Sequence record: MZ956763.1
Strand: one strand, 5' to 3'
From: a phage
Length of the DNA: 64,000 bases
Below are positions 25,716-33,180 of the stretch, one piece after another; within the stretch, counting starts at the first letter, position 1, and each line of letters begins with the position of its first letter. Both the position numbers and the translations under genes were made by a program. The notes beneath the pieces were generated by a model. The model saw only the letters and a program-made list of their open reading frames with translations. It did not search any database and was not told where the DNA came from.

Positions 25716-27100
25716 TATGCCTCCCCTGCTGGGTTAACTGTAACTGTTGCCGCATTAGATGTTACAGAGCCACCTGCACCAGTCACTACACAAGTGTAGC
25801 TTCCTGAATCAGCAGTGGTTGCACCTTCTTTGGTGTAAGTTGCAGCAGTTGCATCGAGGATGTCTTCCTCACCTTTCTTCCACTGGTAACCTGTCGCACC
25901 TGTTGCCGCAACATTCAGCGTTAAGGTCTCACCTTCAGTGATTTCTTGATTGGTTGGCTGTTGAGTGATTACTGGAAGTGCATTCACAGTAACCGTTGCT
26001 GCGTTAGATGTGACTGTTGTACCACCAGCACCAGTAACTACACAGGTGTAGGAACCAGCATCGGCAGGAACTGCGTTAGCTTTCGTGTAAGTCGCACCAG
26101 TTGCGCTAGGGATGTTCACATTGTCCTTTTTCCACTGGAAACCTTCCGCACCTGTCGCCTCAACACTCAGTGTCAAAGAGTTGCCCTCATTAACTACCTG
26201 ATTGGTTGGCTGCTTGGTAATAACTGGCAAAGCATTTACCGTGACAGTTGCAGGGCTAGAAGTAACAGAACCACCTGCACCTGTTACAACGCAAGTATAT
26301 GAACCTGCATCTGCTGGAAGCGCACCAGACTTGCTATAGGTAGCGTTTGTAGCTGAAGGAATGTCAGAGCCATCTTTCTTCCATTGGTAACCTGTTGCAC
26401 CTGTTGCAGTCACTTCCAAGTTGATGTTCCCACCCTCATTAACGGTCTGACCAGAAGGCTGCTGTGTAATCACAGGCAGTGCGTTGACAGTAACTGTTGC
26501 CGCATCTGAGGTAACACTTGTTCCAGCCTCTCCAGATACAACACAAGTGTATGAACCTGCATCAGAAGGTAATACAGACTGTTTTGTGTAGGTTGCAGAG
26601 GTGGCACTAGTGATATCCTCACCACCCTTTTTCCATTGATATCCAGTGGCATTCGTTGCAACAACACTTAGGGTAAGCGTACCACCTTCATTTACTGTTT
26701 GATTGGTTGGCTGCTGAGTGATTGCTGGTGGCTTGATAGCATCCTTCAACTTAGCATTCAACATTGAGAATGGTTTAACTCTTGCCAGCCATTCACAATA
26801 AACTGTATCAACATCTTTACCATTGATAATTGCATATTGTAAGTCCATGAAGAAGTCAGAAGTTCTCATTTGAGCACCAATGCTGTAAAGCAACTCATCA
26901 CTAAATGGAACTTTGTAGTCTGGTTTGTAGTCAAACTCCTCAACTTCTGCAATATCAGCTTCAGGCCAATACGAACTATAGGTAAGCGGTAAAATAGCCT
27001 CTTGATATGTTCTAAAATCATATCTCTTACCAGCTTTTACGTTTGCAATGAAGCCCTTCACAAACTCTTTGAAGTCTGGGTAAGTCTTTGCTTTAATCAT
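25715..27100 (-). CDS. protein with N-terminal domain plus tandem Ig-like (I-set-like) repeats
   Basis: repeated ~95-aa units NALPVITQQPTNQ..GATGYQWKK..ATYTK..ADAGSYTCVVTGAGG..TS.AATVTV; N-terminal ~120 aa paralogous to 27097..27468. Confidence 0.7.
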   Translation of the reverse strand: MIKAKTYPDFKEFVKGFIANVKAGKRYDFRTYQEAILPLTYSSYWPEADIAEVEEFDYKPDYKVPFSDELLYSIGAQMRTSDFFMDLQYAIINGKDVDTVYCEWLARVKPFSMLNAKLKDAIKPPAITQQPTNQTVNEGGTLTLSVVATNATGYQWKKGGEDITSATSATYTKQSVLPSDAGSYTCVVSGEAGTSVTSDAATVTVNALPVITQQPSGQTVNEGGNINLEVTATGATGYQWKKDGSDIPSATNATYSKSGALPADAGSYTCVVTGAGGSVTSSPATVTVNALPVITKQPTNQVVNEGNSLTLSVEATGAEGFQWKKDNVNIPSATGATYTKANAVPADAGSYTCVVTGAGGTTVTSNAATVTVNALPVITQQPTNQEITEGETLTLNVAATGATGYQWKKGEEDILDATAATYTKEGATTADSGSYTCVVTGAGGSVTSNAATVTVNPAGEA

Positions 27101-27468
27101 TTCTTTTTAGCCTCTAAATGTGCGTTTAGTCTAAAATAACCTTTGTGATGCGGAGATACGTCACCAACAACAATACCTTTCACCTTATAACCTTTACCAA
27201 TTACATACTGGATATCCATAAGAAATCTTCCAAGACCAACAATATGGAACATTGGATATAATAGATTCTCAGAGTCTGGAATATTGATTTCAGGTTTGTA
27301 GGTGCGTTGTTCGCTTGTTGGTGTAATATCTTCTTCAGGCCATTTGCTGAGTCTCCATGTCAAAGGTGTTGGTATAACATCATTAAGGCTGTACCTTTCA
27401 CCATTTTGCACGGAATTGATATAGGATTGTAGGAAGCAATAAAAGTCTTTTGCACTCTTAGCTTTCAT
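27097..27468 (-). CDS. hypothetical protein, paralog of N-terminal domain of Ig-repeat protein
   Basis: 123 aa, shared motifs with N-terminus of 25715..27100. Confidence 0.5.
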   Translation of the reverse strand: MKAKSAKDFYCFLQSYINSVQNGERYSLNDVIPTPLTWRLSKWPEEDITPTSEQRTYKPEINIPDSENLLYPMFHIVGLGRFLMDIQYVIGKGYKVKGIVVGDVSPHHKGYFRLNAHLEAKKK

Positions 27469-27515
27469 TAAATATCCTTATAAATAGTTAAAGGGGCATC
27501 AGCCCCTATTCACAC

Positions 27516-28106
27516 TTAAGCTTTGGTCTTAAGTAGGTTCTTAAGTTTTTTAAGATTCATACTCTCATCAAACTTAAAACCAAATCCATTGACATAATCA
27601 ATGAACTCGGATTTCTTACTGAGTGACAATGCGTAACTCATATCAAAGTTCTTACTCGTTTCTGCGTCTGGACTAGAGTTCACATCAAATGAAATTTCTG
27701 TAGGCTCTTGCTTACTTTTCCTCATATTATCAACCAACAAACATGTATAGTTTGCTGGATAGAAGTTTACACTGCCATCAACGTAGCTGTACTTATTATT
27801 ATGGATAAGGTTGGAAAATACCTTAAGGAATGTTTCTGAGTCGTGGCAAACAAGTTTGAATTGGCTGCTCTCTCCAAGCGCAACTAATGAGTACGGACTT
27901 TCACTATCAAAGTTATAATTTGGATTTGATGCCGTCACTGTTACACGCATCAAGTTATTAGCAATAGTCTTCTGTTTAAAAGAATTTTGAACATAGTGAA
28001 GACCTCTATCACATTGATTGACTAGCTCTTTAAGTAGGTCATTTGCATATGGTGAATTAATTGATACAGAGCCATCACTATTGTAATTAAAACTTACTGT
28101 TAACAT
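27516..28106 (-). CDS. hypothetical protein
   Basis: ORF 196 aa. Confidence 0.5.
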   Translation of the reverse strand: MLTVSFNYNSDGSVSINSPYANDLLKELVNQCDRGLHYVQNSFKQKTIANNLMRVTVTASNPNYNFDSESPYSLVALGESSQFKLVCHDSETFLKVFSNLIHNNKYSYVDGSVNFYPANYTCLLVDNMRKSKQEPTEISFDVNSSPDAETSKNFDMSYALSLSKKSEFIDYVNGFGFKFDESMNLKKLKNLLKTKA

Positions 28107-28333
28107 TTTTCAGTTCTCCTGCGATTTATAATTTTGCTGCAATAGAGAAACGAAGTAAACTCACTGGAAGAAACCATTAAGTGTTGTTCACTAGATTGAG
28201 CCATTGCCCTGAAATACATTCCAGTCAAAGCATCATAGTGACTATTCTTTCCAATTGAGGTTATATAGCCATGACTCTTTGCAGTTTGATATAAATCTAT
28301 AATATCTGCGATTTCTAATTGGGAACTACACAT
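28100..28333 (-). CDS. hypothetical protein
   Basis: ORF 77 aa. Confidence 0.4.
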   Translation of the reverse strand: MCSSQLEIADIIDLYQTAKSHGYITSIGKNSHYDALTGMYFRAMAQSSEQHLMVSSSEFTSFLYCSKIINRRRTEKC

Positions 28334-28725
28334 AGATAATCCTCTTGTCTTCTGTAATTTTGAAAGAACAGGTACAGACCAATTTCAGAGGATGAATAGT
28401 AGATTAACTCTACCCTTTTTGATTCCTTACAGTGATTGGTATTCTTACCTTTCTTCGGTTTATTTGATTTTCTCATTAAGTCTCCTTTGTAGAACAAGGC
28501 AGACCTACAGCTTTAAGTAAGATGGTACAGTAATCCATACAACAAGTCAAGAACTATTGCAAGTTAAAAAAGTTGTTGACAAAGTACTTGACAAGGTGTA
28601 GGCTTATAAATACTTAGAAGATAACTTAAAAGGTTCCTCTAAAAAGGCTATTTAAACAGATATCTTTCTGGATATCTATCTTTTATCTTAAAAGCCTTTT
28701 AAGAGGTCTTATAAGAGGCACACCA

Positions 28726-29097
28726 ATGAAAAACAGAACAAACAAAGGCCAGTTTAAAAAAGGCCAGTCTGGAAACCCATCTGGAAGACCCAAAGGCTCT
28801 CGTAACAAAAGTTCACTCGTAAAAGCTCAACTGACCATTGATAATTCTGCTGAGTTTGCTGCAAAGTTGTTTGAGGCGATTGTTACAAGGGACGCTGCTA
28901 AGCTTGCAGAGTTCGGGTTAAACACAGATGACGTAACCATCAAGAGTATGATTGAGGTCGGTAAAACTATCTTTACTCACTCAGCAGGTGAGATGAAAGC
29001 ACTTGCAGCAGACACTAAGAAGACTCCTGATAATGGTGGTCAACAACAGACAGATAACAAACCAACGTTCTCTGCTGTAGCGACTCTCAAAAAATAA
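28726..29097 (+). CDS. hypothetical protein with N-terminal GNPSGRPKG basic motif
   Basis: ORF 123 aa. Confidence 0.5.
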   Translation: MKNRTNKGQFKKGQSGNPSGRPKGSRNKSSLVKAQLTIDNSAEFAAKLFEAIVTRDAAKLAEFGLNTDDVTIKSMIEVGKTIFTHSAGEMKALAADTKKTPDNGGQQQTDNKPTFSAVATLKK

Positions 29098-29178
29098 TTT
29101 TAAAAGGTGTTGACAGACTCTACAAAGTTACTCTAAAGTCTGTCACATCAAACAACAAATGAGAGAAGAGAGTAAAAT

Positions 29179-30594
29179 ATGAGCGAGTTATTTAAACATG
29201 CGCACCTTCATGCAGGTCGAACTGAAAATGGTGCTGTAAACCATACTTCATCAATGTCTGCTCTGGTAGACTTCTACAAAGCTGCTGGTTCAAGCCGTAG
29301 CAATGTAGAAATCTTACCAGACCTGTTCTACAAAGCTTTGCATGAGGATGTTGATGTTGCAGTTCGTATTTTACTGCATATGCGAGATGTACGAGAAGGT
29401 ATGGGTGAGCGTAAAGCCTTCAGGACTGTTTTGCTTCAAGCAATTGAAGATAAAGTTTTAGAGTCTACACAGGTTCTTCGCATTATGGATAAGATTGCAG
29501 AACTTGGTCGTTTTGATGACTTCAAAATCTTCGTAGGTACTCGCTTCGAGACAGATGCCTTCAAACATTTAGAAGCAGCATTACTAGACCCTGCAACAGC
29601 AGGTTTGGCAGCTAAGTGGTTGCCACGAGTCAAACCACGTCACAAACAGTTTGTAAAACGTTTCTGCAAGTTTGCCAACTTGAGTGAGAAAGAGTACCGC
29701 ACACTGTTGTCTGCACTATCTGATACAGTTGAGCAAAAAATCTCTGCTAATGAGTTTGGCAAGATTGACTACAGCAAGATTCCTTCACTTGCTGCTGCAC
29801 GTTACCAAAAACTGTTTAACCGTAAAGATGGAGAACGCTACAAAGCTTACATTGAGTCTTTATCAAAAGGTGAGACTAAGATTAACGCTGGTGCTGTTTA
29901 CCCATACGATGTGATTAAATCTGTCAAGCATGGTAATGCAGATGTTGCTAATGAGCAGTGGAAAGCACTACCAAACTGGATGGCAGAAGGTGAAAACATC
30001 TTGTGTATGACTGATGTTTCAAGCTCAATGTCTTGGGTGAATTTTGGCTCCATTACTGCTCTGGATATTGGTGTATCACTTGCATTGTATGTGGCAGAAC
30101 GCAATACAGGTTGCTTTAAGAATGAGTTGATGGTTTATTCAACAAACCCTCACTTCATCGAACTTAGTGGTGATTTACGAAACCGCCATCGTCAGGTGAT
30201 GCGACATGTTGAATATGGTTCAACTAACTTACAAGCAGCTTTTGACCGTATTCTTGAGACAGGTAAAAGAAACAACTTGACTCAGAAAGATATGCCAAGT
30301 AAGCTTATCATCTTCTCCGATATGGAGTTCAATCAGGTTGATGGAGCTAACGGTCGTACAAACTTTGAAGCAATTCAGAGTAAGTACAAGAAAGCTGGAT
30401 ACGAAATGCCACAACTGGTATTCTGGTACTTAGCAAACCGTAATGGTACTTGCGAAGTGTCTGTTAAGGATAACGGTGTAGCAATGGTATCTGGTTTCTC
30501 TCCAGCCACTTTAAAAGCTCTGCTTGGTGGTGAGAAGTTTGACCCAATCAGCGTAATGCTCAAAGCAGTAATGATTGACCGCTATATCTGGTAA
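29179..30594 (+). CDS. vWA-domain protein, candidate Ro60/TROVE-like (Rsr-like) RNA-binding protein
   Basis: 471 aa; MIDAS-like DxSxS (MTDVSSSMS) with downstream T and D (IIFSDMEF); ~270-aa helical N-terminal region; placed immediately upstream of tRNA/structured-RNA cluster. Confidence 0.5.
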   Translation: MSELFKHAHLHAGRTENGAVNHTSSMSALVDFYKAAGSSRSNVEILPDLFYKALHEDVDVAVRILLHMRDVREGMGERKAFRTVLLQAIEDKVLESTQVLRIMDKIAELGRFDDFKIFVGTRFETDAFKHLEAALLDPATAGLAAKWLPRVKPRHKQFVKRFCKFANLSEKEYRTLLSALSDTVEQKISANEFGKIDYSKIPSLAAARYQKLFNRKDGERYKAYIESLSKGETKINAGAVYPYDVIKSVKHGNADVANEQWKALPNWMAEGENILCMTDVSSSMSWVNFGSITALDIGVSLALYVAERNTGCFKNELMVYSTNPHFIELSGDLRNRHRQVMRHVEYGSTNLQAAFDRILETGKRNNLTQKDMPSKLIIFSDMEFNQVDGANGRTNFEAIQSKYKKAGYEMPQLVFWYLANRNGTCEVSVKDNGVAMVSGFSPATLKALLGGEKFDPISVMLKAVMIDRYIW

Positions 30595-30613
30595 AAAGTT
30601 TTAAAAAGGGTAT

Positions 30614-30642
30614 TGACAATGTGTTTGATACCCTTTAATATG
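30614..30642 (+). promoter_or_regulatory. sigma70-like promoter TTGACA-17-TAATAT upstream of tRNA cluster
   Basis: near-consensus hexamers with 17-nt spacer. Confidence 0.6.
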
Positions 30643-30759
30643 TTCTACATAGAAACGAAACGAGAGCTTTTCTAAGATACTGAAAAATATTTTAAAAAAG
30701 TTCTTGACAATCACTAAAAAATAATGTTAAAGTGGTTACATAGAGTTTGAAAAGTTTAT

Positions 30760-30836
30760 CTCTGTTTAGCTCAGCTTGGTAGAGCGTTCCGTTTGGGGCG
30801 GTAAGGCCGGAGGTTCAAGTCCTCCAACAGAGACCA
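30760..30836 (+). tRNA. tRNA-Pro (anticodon TGG)
   Basis: acceptor CTCTGTT/AACAGAG, T-arm GGAGG-TTCAAGT-CCTCC, anticodon loop TTTGGGG, CCA encoded. Confidence 0.8.
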
Positions 30837-30843
30837 AATTAAT

Positions 30844-30921
30844 GTTCCAGTAGACAAAATGGTAAAGTCACCACTCTTTCAAAGTGGATATCTGAGGGTT
30901 CAAATCCCTTCTGGAACGCCA
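30844..30921 (+). tRNA. tRNA-Glu (anticodon TTC)
   Basis: acceptor GTTCCAG/CTGGAAC, anticodon arm CCACT-CTTTCAA-AGTGG, T-loop TTCAAAT. Confidence 0.8.
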
Positions 30922-30926
30922 GTTTT

Positions 30927-31003
30927 GACAGAAGACCAATTACAGCAAACTTAATCTTATTCATCTGAAGGTAAATCGGACAAAGAAGAGATTTGGTCTG
31001 GTC
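30927..31003 (+). ncRNA. structured element A (conserved ACAGAAGACC...GGTCTGG terminal stem)
   Basis: 5' GACAGAAGACCAATTACAGCAA, 3' ATTTGGTCTGGTC; family members at 31095, 31576, 31663. Confidence 0.45.
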
Positions 31004-31013
31004 ATTAAGAATT

Positions 31014-31089
31014 GCGGGTATAGAGAAAGGGCGTCTCACATGTCTCATTAGCATGGTATCGGCAGGTTCGACTCCTGCACCCGCCTCCA
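31014..31089 (+). tRNA. tRNA-Met (anticodon CAT)
   Basis: D-stem GAGA/TCTC, anticodon arm CATGT-CTCATTA-GCATG, T-arm GCAGG-TTCGACT-CCTGC; acceptor pairing imperfect by eye. Confidence 0.65.
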
Positions 31090-31094
31090 AATTT

Positions 31095-31160
31095 ACAGAA
31101 GACCGTTTACAGCAATATTTATTAAATTTTTAGCGGAAAAATTGAAAGATACGGTCTGGT
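31095..31160 (+). ncRNA. structured element B (ACAGAAGACCG...CGGTCTGG stem)
   Basis: same terminal stem motif and TTACAGCAA box as element A. Confidence 0.45.
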
Positions 31161-31172
31161 AATACTAAACAT

Positions 31173-31249
31173 GGTTAGGAAGCACATAAGGTATGTGCGG
31201 TCGCCTGTTAAGCGAATGGCACAGGGTTCGAATCCCTGACTAACCGCCA
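31173..31249 (+). tRNA. tRNA-Asn (anticodon GTT)
   Basis: acceptor GGTTAGG/ACTAACC, D-stem GCAC/GTGC, loop CTGTTAA, T-arm CAGGG-TTCGAAT-CCCTG. Confidence 0.8.
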
Positions 31250-31318
31250 AATTTAGGAGAGAAGCGATTGCTCACCGATTTGTAAGGTGCAAGTCCTTAG
31301 CCTGAATAGAAATTAAAT

Positions 31319-31405
31319 GTGTCGTTATCCCGTAGATGGTAGCGGTGGGGACTGTAAATCCCTTGTCATTGAGACTCGGTAGGTTCGACTCCTACACGGC
31401 ACACC
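31319..31405 (+). tRNA. tRNA-Tyr (anticodon GTA), class II
   Basis: acceptor GTGTCGT/ACGGCAC, anticodon arm GGGGA-CTGTAAA-TCCCT, long variable arm, T-loop TTCGACT. Confidence 0.75.
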
Positions 31406-31411
31406 AATAAA

Positions 31412-31489
31412 GGCTATGTAGTTTAATAGGGTTAAAATACTCCCCTGTCACGGGAGATGATGTGAGTTCAAGTCTCATCGTAGCCGCCA
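31412..31489 (+). tRNA. tRNA-Asp (anticodon GTC)
   Basis: acceptor GGCTATG/CGTAGCC, anticodon arm CTCCC-CTGTCAC-GGGAG, T-loop TTCAAGT. Confidence 0.8.
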
Positions 31490-31575
31490 AATTATAATAA
31501 GTATTTCAAAATGATGTTTTGAGAGGGCTATTTAGCCCCTCCCTTAAAGAGTTCTTACGAGTATTCTTTAAAGGA

Positions 31576-31651
31576 GCAGAAGACCAAATACAGCAAGTTA
31601 CTTAAAATTTCAAGCCAATTTAATTTTGAAAAATTTAAAACTTGGTCTGGC
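31576..31651 (+). ncRNA. structured element C (GCAGAAGACCAAATACAGCAA...TTGGTCTGG)
   Basis: same terminal stem motif family. Confidence 0.45.
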
Positions 31652-31662
31652 TCAACAAATTT

Positions 31663-31794
31663 ACAGAAGACCGTTTACAGCAAAACTTAAACAATCTATT
31701 TCTCGGTAAAGAAAAGGAGAAGGTTCGATTCCTTCACTCGGCAGATGTCGAGTTGGTGTAATGGTAGCACTTAAGATGGTAAACAACGGTCTGG
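31663..31794 (+). ncRNA. structured element D with internal permuted tRNA-like domain (candidate YrlA-like Y RNA)
   Basis: terminal stem ACAGAAGACCGTTT/AAACAACGGTCTGG; internal order T-arm (GAAGG-TTCGATT-CCTTC), acceptor 3' strand ACTCGGC, loop AGAT, acceptor 5' strand GTCGAGT, D-arm GTGTAATGGTAGCAC. Confidence 0.5.
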
Positions 31795-31938
31795 TAATTA
31801 TCTTTGTAGATAAGTTATTAAGCTTACCTGTGAGTATGCGACCACAAAGGGTGAAAGGGTAAATTCTAGATTTAAACCCAAAAAGGCACATCGCTACAGA
31901 CCTTAAGCAAGTCTGGGTAGCTTATCTACAAAGATAAT
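31795..31938 (+). repeat. 19-bp perfect inverted repeat flanking a 106-nt segment
   Basis: AATTATCTTTGTAGATAAG at 31795-31813 and exact reverse complement CTTATCTACAAAGATAATT at 31920-31938. Confidence 0.85.
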
Positions 31939-31943
31939 TTAAT

Positions 31944-32019
31944 GGAAGTGTAGCAGAATGGTGATGCGGCAGACTTTTAATCTGACAGGCGATGGGTTCG
32001 AATCCCTCCACTTCTACCA
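31944..32019 (+). tRNA. tRNA-Lys (anticodon TTT)
   Basis: acceptor GGAAGTG/CACTTCT, anticodon arm GCAGA-CTTTTAA-TCTGA, T-loop TTCGAAT; T-stem weak by eye. Confidence 0.65.
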
Positions 32020-32023
32020 AAAT

Positions 32024-32100
32024 GGTTCAGTCGCAGATAAGGTAATGCAAGGGTTTCATAAGCCCTATGAATGTGGGTTCGATTCCCATCTGAACCTCCA
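32024..32100 (+). tRNA. tRNA with CAT anticodon (Met, fMet or Ile-lysidine)
   Basis: acceptor GGTTCAG/CTGAACC, anticodon arm AGGGT-TTCATAA-GCCCT, T-arm GTGGG-TTCGATT-CCCAT. Confidence 0.7.
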
Positions 32101-32102
32101 AT

Positions 32103-32177
32103 TGTGGGTTAGCATAAATGGTAATGCAAACGGCTGATAACCGTTAGAAGAGGGTTCGATACCCTCACCTACAACCA
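32103..32177 (+). tRNA. tRNA-Ile (anticodon GAT)
   Basis: acceptor TGTGGGT/ACCTACA, D-stem GCAT/ATGC, anticodon arm AACGG-CTGATAA-CCGTT, T-loop TTCGATA. Confidence 0.8.
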
Positions 32178-32192
32178 ATTTCAATAGAGTTG

Positions 32193-32221
32193 TTGACATT
32201 GAGATGTGACTACTTTATAGT
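32193..32221 (+). promoter_or_regulatory. sigma70-like promoter TTGACA-17-TATAGT inside tRNA cluster
   Basis: consensus -35, good -10; followed by ~290 nt without tRNA. Confidence 0.55.
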
Positions 32222-32514
32222 AACTAAAATACTTCACAATATGTATAATTCAAACACCAATACATGAGCGTTAGACGTAACACAATGTGGGGAAATTTGT
32301 TGTACATATTCTGAATAGTTTTCGTTGCGTAGCGTCTATTTTGCAAATTTAAAATAAATGCAAACGACAATGTTTTTCTGGCAGTAGCTTGATAGGCTAA
32401 ACACCAGTGAGGTCTTCCAATCCCTCATCAAAGAATTTGGCGTACTCGCCCACGGTATGATTAATAAGGTGGGCATCTTTAAGGGCTTTCTAAGAGAGTC
32501 TTTAAAGATAATTA

Positions 32515-32596
32515 CGGGGCGTATCTCAGCGGTCTTCTAAACCGCCGTTAACCGAGTAAGTGGAGTATGCGGGTTCGAGTCCTGCCGCCTCGACCA
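32515..32596 (+). tRNA. atypical tRNA-like gene, possible tRNA-Arg (anticodon TCT)
   Basis: acceptor CGGGGCG/CGCCTCG + A + CCA, T-arm GCGGG-TTCGAGT-CCTGC, arm GCGGT-CTTCTAA-ACCGC; no canonical D-arm found by eye, 23-nt segment before T-arm. Confidence 0.45.
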
Positions 32597-32738
32597 ATTT
32601 AGTTAGCAGATTACTTAGACGACCTAAGCGGGTCTTCCTGTAGGGAGGTGGTCTGTATCTCATGTTTTCCAGAACATGTAAATAATCTGAGAAGGGGCTT
32701 TACAGTGTTGAGATAATACGGTAAGCTTCGAATTATAG

Positions 32739-32822
32739 TGTGGGACGATGTTAAGACTCTAAGGCATGAGCAACGGCCTCCAAAACCGTTTCAAAGGGGT
32801 TCAACTCCTCCGTCCCATGCCA
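32739..32822 (+). tRNA. atypical tRNA, possible tRNA-Trp (anticodon CCA)
   Basis: acceptor GTGGGAC/GTCCCAT + G + CCA, anticodon arm ACGGC-CTCCAAA-ACCGT, T-loop TTCAACT; D-region ~8 nt longer than canonical. Confidence 0.5.
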
Positions 32823-32835
32823 AAGTCTTATTAGG

Positions 32836-32923
32836 GGTAGGTAGCGGCTAATGGCAGCCAAACAGTCTTGAAAACTGTTGCCACTGTAGAGATACGGTGA
32901 GGGTTCGACTCCTTTACTTACCG
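32836..32923 (+). tRNA. tRNA-Ser (anticodon TGA), class II
   Basis: acceptor GGTAGGT/ACTTACC, anticodon arm ACAGT-CTTGAAA-ACTGT, 20-nt variable arm, T-arm GAGGG-TTCGACT-CCTTT. Confidence 0.7.
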
Positions 32924-33180
32924 CCTAATAAGATTTAAAGCCAAGCTTCATTCGGATGTCGCTTTGGTATCCCGCGTGTATTGTCGTACACACTGATAAA
33001 ACACCTAGTAGGTGTCACGGAGAAGAGATAATATCAAGCTCTCCAAAGGTTCTAGTCACCGGATTAAACAAGACTATGCAAAGACCTTTTTAGGTCTTTT
33101 TAGAGGGCTTCTAAGGTTATTACAGCTTGTTGTGGAACCTTGTTGCTTAGGTTCTTAGAAGTTCTCTAAAAAGATTTAAT

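Noticed and set aside
25759-26302. Plus-strand ORFs of 60 and 118 aa
   Set aside because: They overlap the minus-strand Ig-repeat gene and reflect its tandem DNA repeats; Cys/Arg-rich nonsense translation.
29179-30594. Integrase, transposase or other mobile-element genes
   Set aside because: No recombinase motifs seen anywhere in the window; the genome segment looks strictly lytic.
31255-31318. Possible tRNA between tRNA-Asn and tRNA-Tyr (GGTGCAAGTCC looks like a T-loop)
   Set aside because: No matching acceptor strands or anticodon arm could be built; left as unassigned spacer.
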